A DNA stretch of 54,064 nt, counting the filler, from Candidatus Babeliales bacterium (GTDB lineage: Bacteria > Babelota > Babeliae > Babelales > JABCYS01): NCBI GenBank assembly GCA_016929235.1. It is 3 parts of 3 records of this genome, joined end to end, with 100 filler letters (N's around TTAATTAATTAA, not from the genome) between each part and the next. Parts side by side here need not be neighbours in the genome. Positions count along the whole stretch, not along the records: positions 21,803 to 49,611 come from JAFGJD010000005.1; positions 49,712 to 54,064 come from JAFGJD010000008.1; 1 more part is not named here. One strand, 5' to 3'. The notes under the pieces are model-generated. The model worked only from the letters and a program-made list of their open reading frames with translations. It made no database searches and was not told where the DNA came from. Below are positions 39,834 through 49,951 of the stretch, piece after piece (position 1 is the stretch's first letter; each line of letters starts with the position of its first letter). Made by a program: the position numbers and the translations under genes.

Positions 39834-41258
39834 GTCATTAATAGTACTGAGTAGCTGTTGTACTGTTTCCAGTTGCTTTGGTGATAAACGATAAATTTCT
39901 ACATCGCCATCTTCAATAAATATCTTGTACAGTTCTAAGCTAAATCGGTTTCCTACTAGATTTGCTGCGTTGCGAACTTCAGCTATAGGTTGTTGGCCAG
40001 CTGCCTGGGGTAGCTTTTCTCCAAGCGCAACAAGTTGCGCTTGTGAGAGCTGAGCACACGTTTCGGAAGTTAGGCTCTCAGGTAACCGATATTGTGTTGT
40101 AAGGGCCGCTTTTGCGTCAGGCCCGCCTTCAACGTTTTCTAGATCATTATATGCATCACTAAGGATTTTAAAACCCTCTCTAGCTCTGCCCTCGCCTAAT
40201 TCTGTCTCGTAGCGGAGTAATAAGTGTTCCTCCATTGTGCTGCTTTTCTCTGGATTCCTGTCTATGAGTAGAGTTGTTAAAGAGTTGTTGGTTTGAGTGA
40301 CGAGCTCTGTATTCCATGTTTCTTTTGTGTATTGTTTGAATCGCCCTACGAGGCCCTCTAGTTGGTTGAGATTGCGTGCAAAGTTGTGGATGTTCTGTAT
40401 GCGTTCACGCGCGAATGCAATGAGATCATTCAGGGTCGTTTTCTCCGCTTCAAGTTGTGTCTTTTGTGCCTGGTAGCTTTCAAGATCAGACTGTAATTCT
40501 TCGAGCGTTTTTGGTGCTAGATCCGATGACAAAAAAGACTCTTCCTCTGGATTAACTTCCATGCGTTCAATTCTATCTTGTTCAACACGAATGTTATTTT
40601 CAAGTCGTTCAATCTGCGCTGAAAGATAGTCAAGTTGTGCCGATTTGCTGGAACTCCAGTATGATGTAACGGCATCGAAGTATGCTTTTATGGTGTCTTT
40701 AAGCTCATTGAGAAATCGATCAAAACGACTTTCTCGTTGTGCTTCTTCCTGAAGAGCATCATCGAATTCTTGTATTTTTGCTTCTATTGAAGGTAGCTGG
40801 TTGAGTTCTTCCTGTACTTTAGGAGGTTGCTGTGCAAGGTCAAGATTTGTACGAGTAGCATCAAGCTGTTGCTGCAAATCTCGTCCAGTTACTGCATATT
40901 GTTCTCGTTGTGCGGCTGCATCAAGAAATTCAAATGCTACATCATCAACAGCACGACTTGCCGTATCGTATTCTTGTCTTGCTTGATCATACTCGGGAGT
41001 ATCTTGTGCAGTTTCCTTGAGACGCACTTCGGCTTGTTGATATTCTTCTAACCTAGCATTGTATTCTGCTTCTAAACGTTCATATTCAGATTGAGCATCA
41101 GTTCGATTTTGTTCATTTAGTTTTTGTTGTTCTTCTAATTCTTGTTGACGCTGCTCAAGCTCTTCCGGACGCGCAGTTTCTGGTCGTTCTGCAGTGATAG
41201 CATTTAGTTGAGAATATATTCCAATACTAGCGACAAATATGATCGCTTGGCATTTCAT
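39810..41258 (-). CDS. Hypothetical secreted coiled-coil protein
   Basis: Signal peptide MKCQAIIFVASIGIYSQLNA from ATG 41258; long E/Q-rich heptad helices. Confidence 0.75.
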   Translation of the reverse strand: MKCQAIIFVASIGIYSQLNAITAERPETARPEELEQRQQELEEQQKLNEQNRTDAQSEYERLEAEYNARLEEYQQAEVRLKETAQDTPEYDQARQEYDTASRAVDDVAFEFLDAAAQREQYAVTGRDLQQQLDATRTNLDLAQQPPKVQEELNQLPSIEAKIQEFDDALQEEAQRESRFDRFLNELKDTIKAYFDAVTSYWSSSKSAQLDYLSAQIERLENNIRVEQDRIERMEVNPEEESFLSSDLAPKTLEELQSDLESYQAQKTQLEAEKTTLNDLIAFARERIQNIHNFARNLNQLEGLVGRFKQYTKETWNTELVTQTNNSLTTLLIDRNPEKSSTMEEHLLLRYETELGEGRAREGFKILSDAYNDLENVEGGPDAKAALTTQYRLPESLTSETCAQLSQAQLVALGEKLPQAAGQQPIAEVRNAANLVGNRFSLELYKIFIEDGDVEIYRLSPKQLETVQQLLSTINDLRASTLE

Positions 41259-41274
41259 TTTGTTGCTCAAGAAA

Positions 41275-42540
41275 TTACTGTGTTCTAAGATCAGAATACG
41301 TTGCCCTAATGGTTGATAGAATTGATGCATAGCGATCAAGTTGATCTGTCAGGGCTGGTGCAGTGGTATCGAGAAAAGTGAGCGAGGCATCTTGGAACGC
41401 GGTCGGAACGATTTCTTTAAAATCCAAATCCATGGTGTTTCTTTTACTTACTAAACGTAAAAATCTTACCATTAAGAGCATATTGTCTCTTGGACTGTAG
41501 TTGACGCCTCTTGGTGCTAAAATATCTCCTGTCGTTCCATCAAGCCATCCCAATGTTTTGCCATAATATGGATCGACAATTTTAGTAAGGCTTGCATATC
41601 CTTCAAGATCAAGCGGGGCAAATTGAGTGACTTCTCCGCTTACCTGTTGGCGCATGGCTTCAAAGAGGAAATAGGTATCACGGTAAACTTCCTGTTCTGG
41701 TGTAAGCGGTCTAGCAAGCAATAACAGTTCATTTTTATCAAATTGATCTTTTATTTCTTTAAAAGTTTTTGCTGAGAATGTTTGCCGTGAGATCTGATAT
41801 TCACTAATACCGTACCCATCTTCGATGACCTCACGCATTTTGAAGTATATATAGGCTTCGCGGAATTGATCTAACCGTTCGTCTTTTTCGAGAAAATTTC
41901 TAATTTCAAAACCCATAGAGTCAAGGACAGTTTGCTCAGATGCGTTTAATTTATAGTTAATATAGCGTATGGTTTCTCGTGCGTATGCAGCACCTTGGGA
42001 AAGTATGCCATTGATACTTGTGACAATATCTTGTGTGAGAGCTGTAAGTTTTTTTGTGCTTTTTACAAAACCATCAACAAGACCTTGGGCTTTCTCAAAT
42101 GGCAATTGCCCGACACCGTAAGTTCTAGGGTATGCGATCACTTGTGTTCTTAGCTCATAAAGGGAACGGATTTCTACATCCATGTTATCTAGTCTTTGTT
42201 GTATCTGCGTAATTCTAGCAGTAGCCTGGTTAACTCTTCCTTCCTGTGCGCCTAGTTGTATAAATTCCTTCATTTCGCTCAGAGACGGCAACGATTGCTT
42301 CATTTTTGCTCGAAGTTCAGCTTGTCGTGCTCTATCGAAGTTTCTTTCAAGGTCAGATAAACGGGCTCTTGCGGTGTCCATTTCGTCGAAAAGCTGCTCT
42401 TTGCGGCCGTCAACCCTTCTTATTTCAGAATTGACTCTTGATTCTGGGGATTCAAGTCGCTCAGTCCGTCCTGAAGGTGCATATAGCCACACCGGCGCAA
42501 GCGTAATAAGTGTTATTATGGTTAGGGGCTTTTGATTCAT
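41275..42540 (-). CDS. Hypothetical secreted coiled-coil protein
   Basis: AAGGGA RBS; signal peptide MNQKPLTIITLITLAPVWLYA; N-terminal E/R-rich coiled coil. Confidence 0.75.
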   Translation of the reverse strand: MNQKPLTIITLITLAPVWLYAPSGRTERLESPESRVNSEIRRVDGRKEQLFDEMDTARARLSDLERNFDRARQAELRAKMKQSLPSLSEMKEFIQLGAQEGRVNQATARITQIQQRLDNMDVEIRSLYELRTQVIAYPRTYGVGQLPFEKAQGLVDGFVKSTKKLTALTQDIVTSINGILSQGAAYARETIRYINYKLNASEQTVLDSMGFEIRNFLEKDERLDQFREAYIYFKMREVIEDGYGISEYQISRQTFSAKTFKEIKDQFDKNELLLLARPLTPEQEVYRDTYFLFEAMRQQVSGEVTQFAPLDLEGYASLTKIVDPYYGKTLGWLDGTTGDILAPRGVNYSPRDNMLLMVRFLRLVSKRNTMDLDFKEIVPTAFQDASLTFLDTTAPALTDQLDRYASILSTIRATYSDLRTQ

Positions 42541-42793
42541 TTTTTCCCTTTTTATTAATTAAGATTTTTCGTTATTTATAACTATGCACAATGCAATGTT
42601 GAAATTGCAATATTTGTGATGAGATCAACCGAATAACGGAGGGGCTTAGGCGCTGTCAGTATTTTCTTGAACCCGCTTTTATGTTGTGTTGCTATTATGA
42701 TGCTTCTCGTGATGAAGAAGTTTGTGGTAACATACAGTTCACTATATAACAAGAAGTAGTGGATCATCCTCTTCGATAAAAAGGAACAAAGCA

Positions 42794-43480
42794 ATGAAAT
42801 TTTTATTCGGTAACTCATTATGGCAACTGATAGTGATGTCTGATGCGGTTAGTAAGATGGTGCTGTTAGCATTGTTTGGTATGTCAATTGTGTGTTGGAC
42901 TATCTTTCTTTATAAAGTGATTTTGTCGCGTCTCAAGAAACGCCAGATTGCCGATGCTTTGCCTGCTCTCAAGAAAGTCAATGCACTCCAAGAGCTTCTC
43001 AATCTTTCATCAGCATTCGCTGCAACATTGCCTGGCTATTTTCTATCGCACAATCTGACGATCTTAAAATCCGTCTTACAGCGGCGCGATAGTGCAGCGA
43101 CATCAATCACAGAACAAGAATGGGATGAGCTGTGTGATGAAGCAGAAGACACTTTTGATGACATTGTGCATCACGAACATCAATATATGCCAGTACTGTA
43201 TTCGTTTGCGGGTGTATCAACCTTGATGGGATTGTTTGGAACGGTCTGGGGCTTGGTCCACTCGTTTATTAGAATTAGCGAAAAACAATCTGCTGACATT
43301 ACTACGGTTGCTCCTGGTATTGCTGAAGCATTGCTTACGACGCTTGCGGGTTTGATTGTCGCTATTCCAGCATTTCTGATGTTCCATTATTTGGATAATG
43401 ATGTTAAACAATTAGAGTATCAGCTTTCTAAATTTGTGGATCGATATTGTCTTGTTCTTAAGTCTCTCTTTCGTTCATAG
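42794..43480 (+). CDS. tolQ: TolQ/ExbB/MotA proton-channel protein
   Basis: GLFGTVWG, VAPGIAEALLTTLAGLIVAIPA. Confidence 0.9.
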   Translation: MKFLFGNSLWQLIVMSDAVSKMVLLALFGMSIVCWTIFLYKVILSRLKKRQIADALPALKKVNALQELLNLSSAFAATLPGYFLSHNLTILKSVLQRRDSAATSITEQEWDELCDEAEDTFDDIVHHEHQYMPVLYSFAGVSTLMGLFGTVWGLVHSFIRISEKQSADITTVAPGIAEALLTTLAGLIVAIPAFLMFHYLDNDVKQLEYQLSKFVDRYCLVLKSLFRS

Positions 43481-43489
43481 GGGTGTGGT

Positions 43490-43915
43490 ATGAATAAGAG
43501 GAGATTGAGAAGATTGAAACAACAAAAACCTGAATTGGTCGTCAACTTAACGCCACTCATTGATACAGCGTTAACGCTTTTGGTGATCTTTATGATTACT
43601 GCGCCGATGCTACAGCACGGTATCAAGGTTGAATTGCCACAAGGAAAGTCACAAGAGGTGCAGGCGACGCAAAAACAGGACGTGGTGATCTATATTGATA
43701 AGGACAGTGCAATCTATTGCAATGACGAGAAACAGGAATCAGAAGATGCATTATTGTCTTCCTTGAAAACAAAGGTTGCACTCAACGCTGATCAGACAGT
43801 GTATGTCAAAGCGGACAAATCAATCTCATATGGCCGCGTTATTGAAACAGTGGATCGCATCAAGTATGTCGGGGGTGTAAAATATGTTGCGCTGGCCACG
43901 CAAAAACGTGCCTAA
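43490..43915 (+). CDS. tolR: TolR/ExbD
   Basis: NLTPLID..L.LLVIFMITAPM, V.LP, KAD....YG.V. Confidence 0.9.
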   Translation: MNKRRLRRLKQQKPELVVNLTPLIDTALTLLVIFMITAPMLQHGIKVELPQGKSQEVQATQKQDVVIYIDKDSAIYCNDEKQESEDALLSSLKTKVALNADQTVYVKADKSISYGRVIETVDRIKYVGGVKYVALATQKRA

Positions 43916-44714
43916 ACGATATCAGTTTCTTGCTAAATTATTTCTGGTTTCGTGTGCACTTCATGTCATGGCTGTGCTTGTGCTCTGTTTCTTTTACCGG
44001 AGCGGGACGGTCTACACGATTGATCTCAATCGTCGTTCGGCGCAGGTGGTCTTTTTGCCATTTCATAAATCAACAACGACACGTTTGTCAGGAGGATCAC
44101 AACCTGGTGGAGCCGCACCAGTACAGAATGTACGGCAAAAACCACACAAGCAAAAACCGGCAACAACATTAGTTGCTAAGGTCATAAAGCCTGCCCAGAA
44201 AACACCACAAAAAAAGAAGGTATCTCAAACAGCGCAGAAATCCGTGTCACAACAAAAGAAAGTTGCATTAGTACCGCCACAACAGAAAGTAGACAATACT
44301 GCTAAAGTGTCACCAGCGGCCACACAAAAAAAGCAAGAAATGCCCATTGTCCCAAGAAAGGAGTCGGTGTCTTCAGTGGCAGAGCCTGTAGTTGCATCCT
44401 CGGTACTGCCAACGGATGTTCCTGTGGGTGATGATGTGATCTATGTTGGGGTACAAGAGCTCGACATGCTTGAGCTTCATGATTCGATTCGCAATGAGAT
44501 TGAAAGAGTATGGCATCCCCCAGTTGGTATTGCTTCGGGTCGGTCCTGCGAGGTGAAATTGCGTGTTGCCTGGAATGGTTCGGTGGATACGGTTGAAGTG
44601 ATCGAGGGTTCAGGAATCATTGCATTTGACGCGTCGGTTCGACATGCTGTGCTGAAGATGCAGTTTCCAAAAGGAGCACATGGCAAAACATTGTGCATAC
44701 CATTTGTTCAGTAA
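43884..44714 (+). CDS. TolA/TonB-like protein
   Basis: S..LH TM anchor, K/Q/P-rich linker, C-terminal W.PP...GSG..AFD.S...AV TonB_C-like domain; lies between tolR and tolB. Start uncertain. Confidence 0.8.
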   Translation: MLRWPRKNVPKRYQFLAKLFLVSCALHVMAVLVLCFFYRSGTVYTIDLNRRSAQVVFLPFHKSTTTRLSGGSQPGGAAPVQNVRQKPHKQKPATTLVAKVIKPAQKTPQKKKVSQTAQKSVSQQKKVALVPPQQKVDNTAKVSPAATQKKQEMPIVPRKESVSSVAEPVVASSVLPTDVPVGDDVIYVGVQELDMLELHDSIRNEIERVWHPPVGIASGRSCEVKLRVAWNGSVDTVEVIEGSGIIAFDASVRHAVLKMQFPKGAHGKTLCIPFVQ

Positions 44715-44726
44715 TAAGGAGTCTTT

Positions 44727-46085
44727 ATGAAGCCGTTTCGTATTCTTGTAGTCCTGCTCAGCTTTGCTTTGTATGCACATGATCAGATTGAAGTTGGTAG
44801 TGTAAGTGCTCAGGTCAATGAAAAGATGGGTATTGTACTTGCGTTGATCGATCCCACAGGAGAGCTGCAAAAAGTGGGCAATGTTGTGAAACAAGATCTT
44901 GAATTTAGCAACCAGTTCGATGTCAAAATCAAAAAGGTTAGTCAGGTAACCGAGGCGGAACAGATTGCTGAATGGTTCAAAAAAGGAACGCCGTTTGTTG
45001 TGTATCTGACCAAAGAAGATGGCGTGTATTCATGGCGGCTCTATGACACTGCTGATGTATCCATGATCCAAGGTAAAAAAGTAGATCAACGGGGGAATTC
45101 ACCACGAGGGTGGGCGCACGCTATCAGTGATGGTATCTGGCATTCGTTGATGGGAATACAGGGAAGTTTTTCTACTAAGCTTGTGTATGGAAAAGGTTTG
45201 CAGAAACGAGGCAAGCAATCCAAAAAGTATCTTTACGTACGTGATGCTGCAGACACAGCTGGCTATACAGAAACAAAACTTGTTTCCTATCCGACTATCA
45301 GTGTTTCACCGCGTTGGAATCGTGATACAAAACGGCCGCTCGTATTATATTCAGAGTATACACCAACTAATGTGCGTTTAATTGCAGTTGATATGGAGCG
45401 GAAACGTCGGCTGGTATCCGACTTTCAAGGGGTTAATATGCAAGCGGCGTATGCTCCTGATGGGACAGAAGTGGTGTATTGCCTGTCCCGTGCACCGCAG
45501 AAAACAATGCCACAACATTTTACGAGCCAGCTCTATCATTACGTTTACGATAAAAATAAAGACCGCAGCGTTTTCAAGCGATTGACGCTTAATTCGGATA
45601 ATAATTTTGCACCATGCTGGGGTCCTGGGAAATCGATTTTTTATGCGTCAGATTCGTTTTCAAAAAAGGCTCCTGATATTTGTTGGCTTGATATTCAAGC
45701 ACAGAAGATAACATGGGTCACTCAGGGAAAATATGCAGTCAGTCCAGATTATTGTGCAGTTAATAACAAATTGGCGTATTGTAAAATGATCGATGGACTA
45801 ATGCAGGTATTTGTCTACGATCTTACTTCCAATATGCATAAGCAGGTTACCTTTGATGCTACCAACAAAGAGGATTGTAGCTGGTCTCCGTGTGGCACAT
45901 TCTTGGCCTATTCGTCTGAGGCAGGCGGACGGAGTCGTATTGCCTGCTACAATTCATTAACACAGGAGCAGCGGTTTATTACGGCAGCTCATGAAGATTG
46001 TAGCTATCCGGCATGGTCTCCGGCCTATGAGCTATTTCCTGAGGTTGTTGAGTCAAGTCGACAGAAAAAGACCGCTATAGTATAG
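44727..46085 (+). CDS. tolB: TolB-like beta-propeller protein
   Basis: Signal peptide, DLEFS..F N-domain, AH.ISD.I, PD40-like repeats (SPRW, APDG, APCW, WSPCG, PAWSP). Confidence 0.88.
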   Translation: MKPFRILVVLLSFALYAHDQIEVGSVSAQVNEKMGIVLALIDPTGELQKVGNVVKQDLEFSNQFDVKIKKVSQVTEAEQIAEWFKKGTPFVVYLTKEDGVYSWRLYDTADVSMIQGKKVDQRGNSPRGWAHAISDGIWHSLMGIQGSFSTKLVYGKGLQKRGKQSKKYLYVRDAADTAGYTETKLVSYPTISVSPRWNRDTKRPLVLYSEYTPTNVRLIAVDMERKRRLVSDFQGVNMQAAYAPDGTEVVYCLSRAPQKTMPQHFTSQLYHYVYDKNKDRSVFKRLTLNSDNNFAPCWGPGKSIFYASDSFSKKAPDICWLDIQAQKITWVTQGKYAVSPDYCAVNNKLAYCKMIDGLMQVFVYDLTSNMHKQVTFDATNKEDCSWSPCGTFLAYSSEAGGRSRIACYNSLTQEQRFITAAHEDCSYPAWSPAYELFPEVVESSRQKKTAIV

Positions 46086-46175
46086 TGATCTTACAGGTTG
46101 CTAGCCTGTGATTCGGTAAGTTCAGGGATACCGTACTCCCGTGATTCTGAAATGATATGGAGCTCTAGATTTGCT

Positions 46176-48008
46176 ATGAACAAAAATTTCAAAAAAAATA
46201 ATTCATTTCCACCTAAGAATATGTCATGGACTGTGATCCTTGGTCTGGTGGTGCTTGGTCTACTTGCTTTAGTGAAGCTCAATGAAATGACCTATACCAT
46301 CGATGATCTTAGTTACTCATCTTTCCTCCGCAAGGTCGAAAAGAATGAGGTTAAAAAGGTCAATGTCAGTGGCAAGGATGTTCAGGGAACACTTGCGGAT
46401 GGCTCTCGTTTTGAAACCGTGATGCCAGCATCTGAGTTTGACTGGGATCTGCTCAGAAATCATGGCGTCGAAGTTGCTCTTTCAAGTGAGTCTGGTCTGT
46501 TTGGTATGTGGTCATTAGTGGGTAGTTTTGCCGTCTTATTACTGCTTCTTTTTTTCATGTTGTTTTTCCGTCAGGGGTCGCGTGGCTCTGGAGGCAATGG
46601 AGGTGCTGGTAATTTGTTTGCTATCAGTCGAAGTAAGGCAAAAATGTTTATGCCCTCAGCAATCAAGGTAACCTTCAAAGATGTTGCAGGGGTGTCTGAA
46701 GCAAAGGAAGAACTGCAAGATGTAATTGATTATCTCAAAAGCCCCGATAAGTACCGACGTCTTGGCGCAAAGATGACGAAGGGGGTTCTTCTTGTTGGTG
46801 GCCCTGGTACAGGCAAGACTTTGCTTGCTCGTGCGGTAGCTGGCGAAGCTAACTGTCCATTCTTTAGTATTAGCGGTTCGGATTTTATTGAAGTTTTTGT
46901 TGGTGTTGGCGCCGCTCGTGTCCGCGACCTCTTTTCACAAGCTCGTAAACATGCGCCATGTATTGTTTTTATTGATGAGATTGATGCGGTAGGTCGCCAT
47001 CGTGGTAGTGGTACCGGTGGTGGTAATGATGAACGAGAACAAACCCTTAACCAATTACTCACTGAGATGGACGGTTTTGATACTTCAAATGAACCGATCA
47101 TTGTAATTGCTGCTACCAATAGGCCTGATGTTCTTGATCGGGCGTTACTGCGTCCGGGCCGATTTGATCGTCGTGTAGATGTTCCACTTCCTGATTTGGT
47201 CAGTCGCGAACAGATTCTCCAAGTGCATGCGAAAAACGTAAAGATTGCTGATGATATTGATTTTAAAAAGATTGCACGGGGTACTCCTGGGTTTACCGGG
47301 GCCGATCTTGAAAATCTCATCAACGAAGCGGCGATTGCGGCGTCAAAAAAGAATAGCGAGCTTGTATCAATTGATGATTTTGAAGAAGCACGCGACAAGA
47401 TTCTCCTTGGTAAAGAGCTTAAGACCATTTCTTTGACCGAGGAGGACCGCAAGATGACAGCGTATCACGAAGCAGGACATGCATTAGTGCAGCTCATGTT
47501 GCCTGAAGATACGGATCCATTGCACAAGGTTAGTATTATTCCGCGAGGTCGTTCATTGGGCGTTACTCACTCGATGCCAGAGCGCGAAAAATACACTATG
47601 ACCAAACGTGAAGCTGAAGGTGTTATTACGGTTGCTATGGGTGGACGGGTTGCAGAAACATTAGTATTTGATGAAGTTGCTACAGGTGCCGCTAACGATT
47701 TTGAAAAGGCAACCGATATTGCACGTAGTATGGTTGTGCGATACGGCATGTCTGGTGCCCTTGGTACGGTTCACTATTCTCAACAGCCAGGCGAATTTGT
47801 GTATTCACAAAAGACAGCGGAATTGATTGATACAGAAGTGCGAAATATTATTGATGGTTGCTATCAGCGAGCCAAGCAGATCATCACAGATAATAGAGAC
47901 AAGCTCGAGACTCTAGCCGCGGCGCTGCTTGAAAAGGAAACGCTTCAATCCGGTGAAATCTATGAGTTACTTGATATTAAACCACGACAAGAGTTTAAGC
48001 TTACCTAG
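46176..48008 (+). CDS. ftsH: ATP-dependent zinc metalloprotease FtsH
   Basis: Two TM segments, [42 protein letters not shown]. Confidence 0.98.
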   Translation: MNKNFKKNNSFPPKNMSWTVILGLVVLGLLALVKLNEMTYTIDDLSYSSFLRKVEKNEVKKVNVSGKDVQGTLADGSRFETVMPASEFDWDLLRNHGVEVALSSESGLFGMWSLVGSFAVLLLLLFFMLFFRQGSRGSGGNGGAGNLFAISRSKAKMFMPSAIKVTFKDVAGVSEAKEELQDVIDYLKSPDKYRRLGAKMTKGVLLVGGPGTGKTLLARAVAGEANCPFFSISGSDFIEVFVGVGAARVRDLFSQARKHAPCIVFIDEIDAVGRHRGSGTGGGNDEREQTLNQLLTEMDGFDTSNEPIIVIAATNRPDVLDRALLRPGRFDRRVDVPLPDLVSREQILQVHAKNVKIADDIDFKKIARGTPGFTGADLENLINEAAIAASKKNSELVSIDDFEEARDKILLGKELKTISLTEEDRKMTAYHEAGHALVQLMLPEDTDPLHKVSIIPRGRSLGVTHSMPEREKYTMTKREAEGVITVAMGGRVAETLVFDEVATGAANDFEKATDIARSMVVRYGMSGALGTVHYSQQPGEFVYSQKTAELIDTEVRNIIDGCYQRAKQIITDNRDKLETLAAALLEKETLQSGEIYELLDIKPRQEFKLT

Positions 48009-48023
48009 CTCGCCAGAGAGAGG

Positions 48024-48833
48024 TTGACAGTGGATGGTTTAAAGGTCCTTATTGAGCCAACAATTCGTATTCTACAAGAGGCAGGTCGGCTTCTCATATC
48101 GTTTCGAGCGTCGTCACTTTCTAGAACGCGGAAACCTGATCAAGGCTTTGTGACAGAGGCAGACCTTGCTGTAGAATCATTTCTCGTGAACAAACTTTCT
48201 GAATTGACTCCTGGCTACCACTTTTATGCTGAAGAAAATGGTGAGATAGCTGAAGGTGAGAGTGACTATTGTTGGGTGATTGATCCTTTGGATGGGACTA
48301 ATAACTTTGCTCAGGGCTTGCCCCATTTTTGCATATCTGTTGCATTGACTCATCGTCACGAGCCTGTACTTGGGTTTGTCTATCAGCCTCTTTTGAATGA
48401 GATGTTTCATGCAATTAAGCATGGGGGCGCATATCTAAATGATAAACCAATACATGTATCGTCACATAGAGAGATTGAGGGAAGTGTCCTAGTATCCTGT
48501 ATTCCCTATATCCGTAGTGCACAGACGATACGAAAGGTCCATGAGATTACCGATTTAGCGCTCCATTATTGCGTTTTGCGTATTTTGGGTGCGGCGGCTC
48601 TAGACCAGGCCTATGTTGCCTGTGGCAAAATCGATGGTATTTTTTTAGGAGCTCTTGGTTGGTGGGATGTGGCGGCAGGTTTGCTCCTCATACAGGAAGC
48701 TGGAGGGATAGTTACTGAGATTGATGGGCGCAAGCTTGTTACCAAGGCATTTCGATCATTTATTGGAGGAAATGCCTATATTCATAGGGCATTGGCACAA
48801 ACTTTACAGGATGATGAAGACAGTGAGAATTGA
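48024..48833 (+). CDS. suhB: Inositol monophosphatase family (SuhB-like)
   Basis: VTEAD, AEE, WVIDPLDGTNNF, WDVAAG.LL..EAGG. Confidence 0.9.
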   Translation: MTVDGLKVLIEPTIRILQEAGRLLISFRASSLSRTRKPDQGFVTEADLAVESFLVNKLSELTPGYHFYAEENGEIAEGESDYCWVIDPLDGTNNFAQGLPHFCISVALTHRHEPVLGFVYQPLLNEMFHAIKHGGAYLNDKPIHVSSHREIEGSVLVSCIPYIRSAQTIRKVHEITDLALHYCVLRILGAAALDQAYVACGKIDGIFLGALGWWDVAAGLLLIQEAGGIVTEIDGRKLVTKAFRSFIGGNAYIHRALAQTLQDDEDSEN

Positions 48834-48897
48834 AAAAAGGGGCTATTGTAGTACACTGATCCTATCTTCCCAAAAAATATGAAAGGAATAGGCAATC

Positions 48898-49098
48898 ATG
48901 GCTCGAGTATGTGCTGTCTGCGATAAAGGACCCAGTGTTGGTCAACACGTGAGTCACGCGAACAATAAGGTCAAGCGTTGGCTTTACCCTAATACCCACA
49001 AGATGAGATACACTATCCCTGGTAAGGGATCTAAGGTCCATCAGGCACATGTCTGCACCAAGTGCCTCCGTTCCGGTAAAATTCAAAAAGTTTTGTAA
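48898..49098 (+). CDS. rpmB: 50S ribosomal protein L28
   Basis: MARVCAVCDK...VSHANNKVKR..YPN...VCTKCLRSGK. Confidence 0.96.
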   Translation: MARVCAVCDKGPSVGQHVSHANNKVKRWLYPNTHKMRYTIPGKGSKVHQAHVCTKCLRSGKIQKVL

Positions 49099-49110
49099 AT
49101 AGGATATCGA

Positions 49111-49377
49111 ATGGCAAATATTAAATCAGCCAAAAAGCGTGCCCGTCAAAATACTAAACGTCGATCAGTCAATGTGGCTCGTCGTTCAGCAATAAAATCG
49201 GTAATTAAGGATGTCGTCAAAGCAATCGATGCCGGAGAAATTGAAAAAGCTCAAGCATTGTTCAAGGTTGCGGAAACGCAATTATCTCGAGCCAAGTCGA
49301 AGGGATTAGTGCACAAAAAGACTGCATCGCGTAAGGTGAGTCGTCTTGCCCGTCGTGTGAATAAGGCTCAAAAATAA
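49111..49377 (+). CDS. rpsT: 30S ribosomal protein S20
   Basis: MANIKSAKKRARQ...KGLVHKKTASRKVSRL. Confidence 0.97.
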   Translation: MANIKSAKKRARQNTKRRSVNVARRSAIKSVIKDVVKAIDAGEIEKAQALFKVAETQLSRAKSKGLVHKKTASRKVSRLARRVNKAQK

Positions 49378-49404
49378 CGTACATTGTTTTGGCAATGTTT
49401 TAGT

Positions 49405-49439
49405 AAAGCTCCTCCCGTTTTGTGGAGGAGCTTTTTTTT
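49405..49439 (+). terminator. Intrinsic terminator after rpsT
   Basis: AAAGCTCCTCC-loop-GGAGGAGCTTTTTTTT. Confidence 0.88.
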
Positions 49440-49512
49440 GCTTGAGTTTTGTTTTGAATTTATGGTACATCCCTAGGTGATGTTTTTCAAAGCTTTATGA
49501 AAGGGTGTATGC

Positions 49513-49611
49513 ATGAAGCAGATTCTTTTTGCACTTGGGTGCTTGTTGGTATGGTGTAGTGCCTGTCATGCGGGCTTTACAGAATTAGTTACATATAAGT
49601 CTTCAGAAGAA
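49513..49611 (+). CDS. Exported protein, N-terminal fragment truncated by contig end
   Basis: AAGGG RBS; MKQILFALGCLLVWCSACHA signal peptide, open to the gap. Confidence 0.55.
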
Positions 49612-49711
49612 NNNNNNNNNNNNNNNNNNNNNNNNNNNNNNNNNNNNNNNNNNNNTTAATTAATTAANNNNNNNNNNNNNNNNNNNNNNNNNNNNNNNNN
49701 NNNNNNNNNNN
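49612..49711. other. Artificial contig linker
   Basis: N44-TTAATTAATTAA-N44. Confidence 0.97.
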
Positions 49712-49873
49712 ACATTTGTAGAAATTGATACAGACTCGTTCACTGATGCGCAAAAACTCAACATCAAGGGAATCCCCGCATTCATCGGCTACAAGCATGG
49801 CAAGGAAAAACTGCGTTTCACAGGAGCGCGTTCTTACGAAGAACTCAAAGATGAGATCAAGGAACTTACCTAA
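49712..49873 (+). CDS. Thioredoxin-fold protein, C-terminal fragment (absent from ORF track)
   Basis: Manual translation TFVEIDTDSFTDAQKLNIKGIPAFIGYKHGKEKLRFTGARSYEELKDEIKELT* shows the cis-Pro loop and the G....L C-terminal helix of thioredoxins. Confidence 0.8.
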   Translation, partial: TFVEIDTDSFTDAQKLNIKGIPAFIGYKHGKEKLRFTGARSYEELKDEIKELT

Positions 49874-49896
49874 CAAATAATTGTGCTGAAAATAAG

Positions 49897-49925
49897 AAAA
49901 AAGGCTCGTGAAAACACGAGCCTTT
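49897..49925. terminator. Bidirectional terminator between convergent genes
   Basis: AAAAAAGGCTCGTG-AAAA-CACGAGCCTTT. Confidence 0.85.
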
Positions 49926-49951
49926 ACTTTTAGTTAGGATTTTACAGCACT

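Noticed and set aside
46730..47452. Long antisense ORFs (240 aa within ftsH; also 38273-39010, 13524-14018, 1349-1792)
   Set aside because: Shadow frames of strongly conserved genes, with S/R/P-rich non-protein-like composition.
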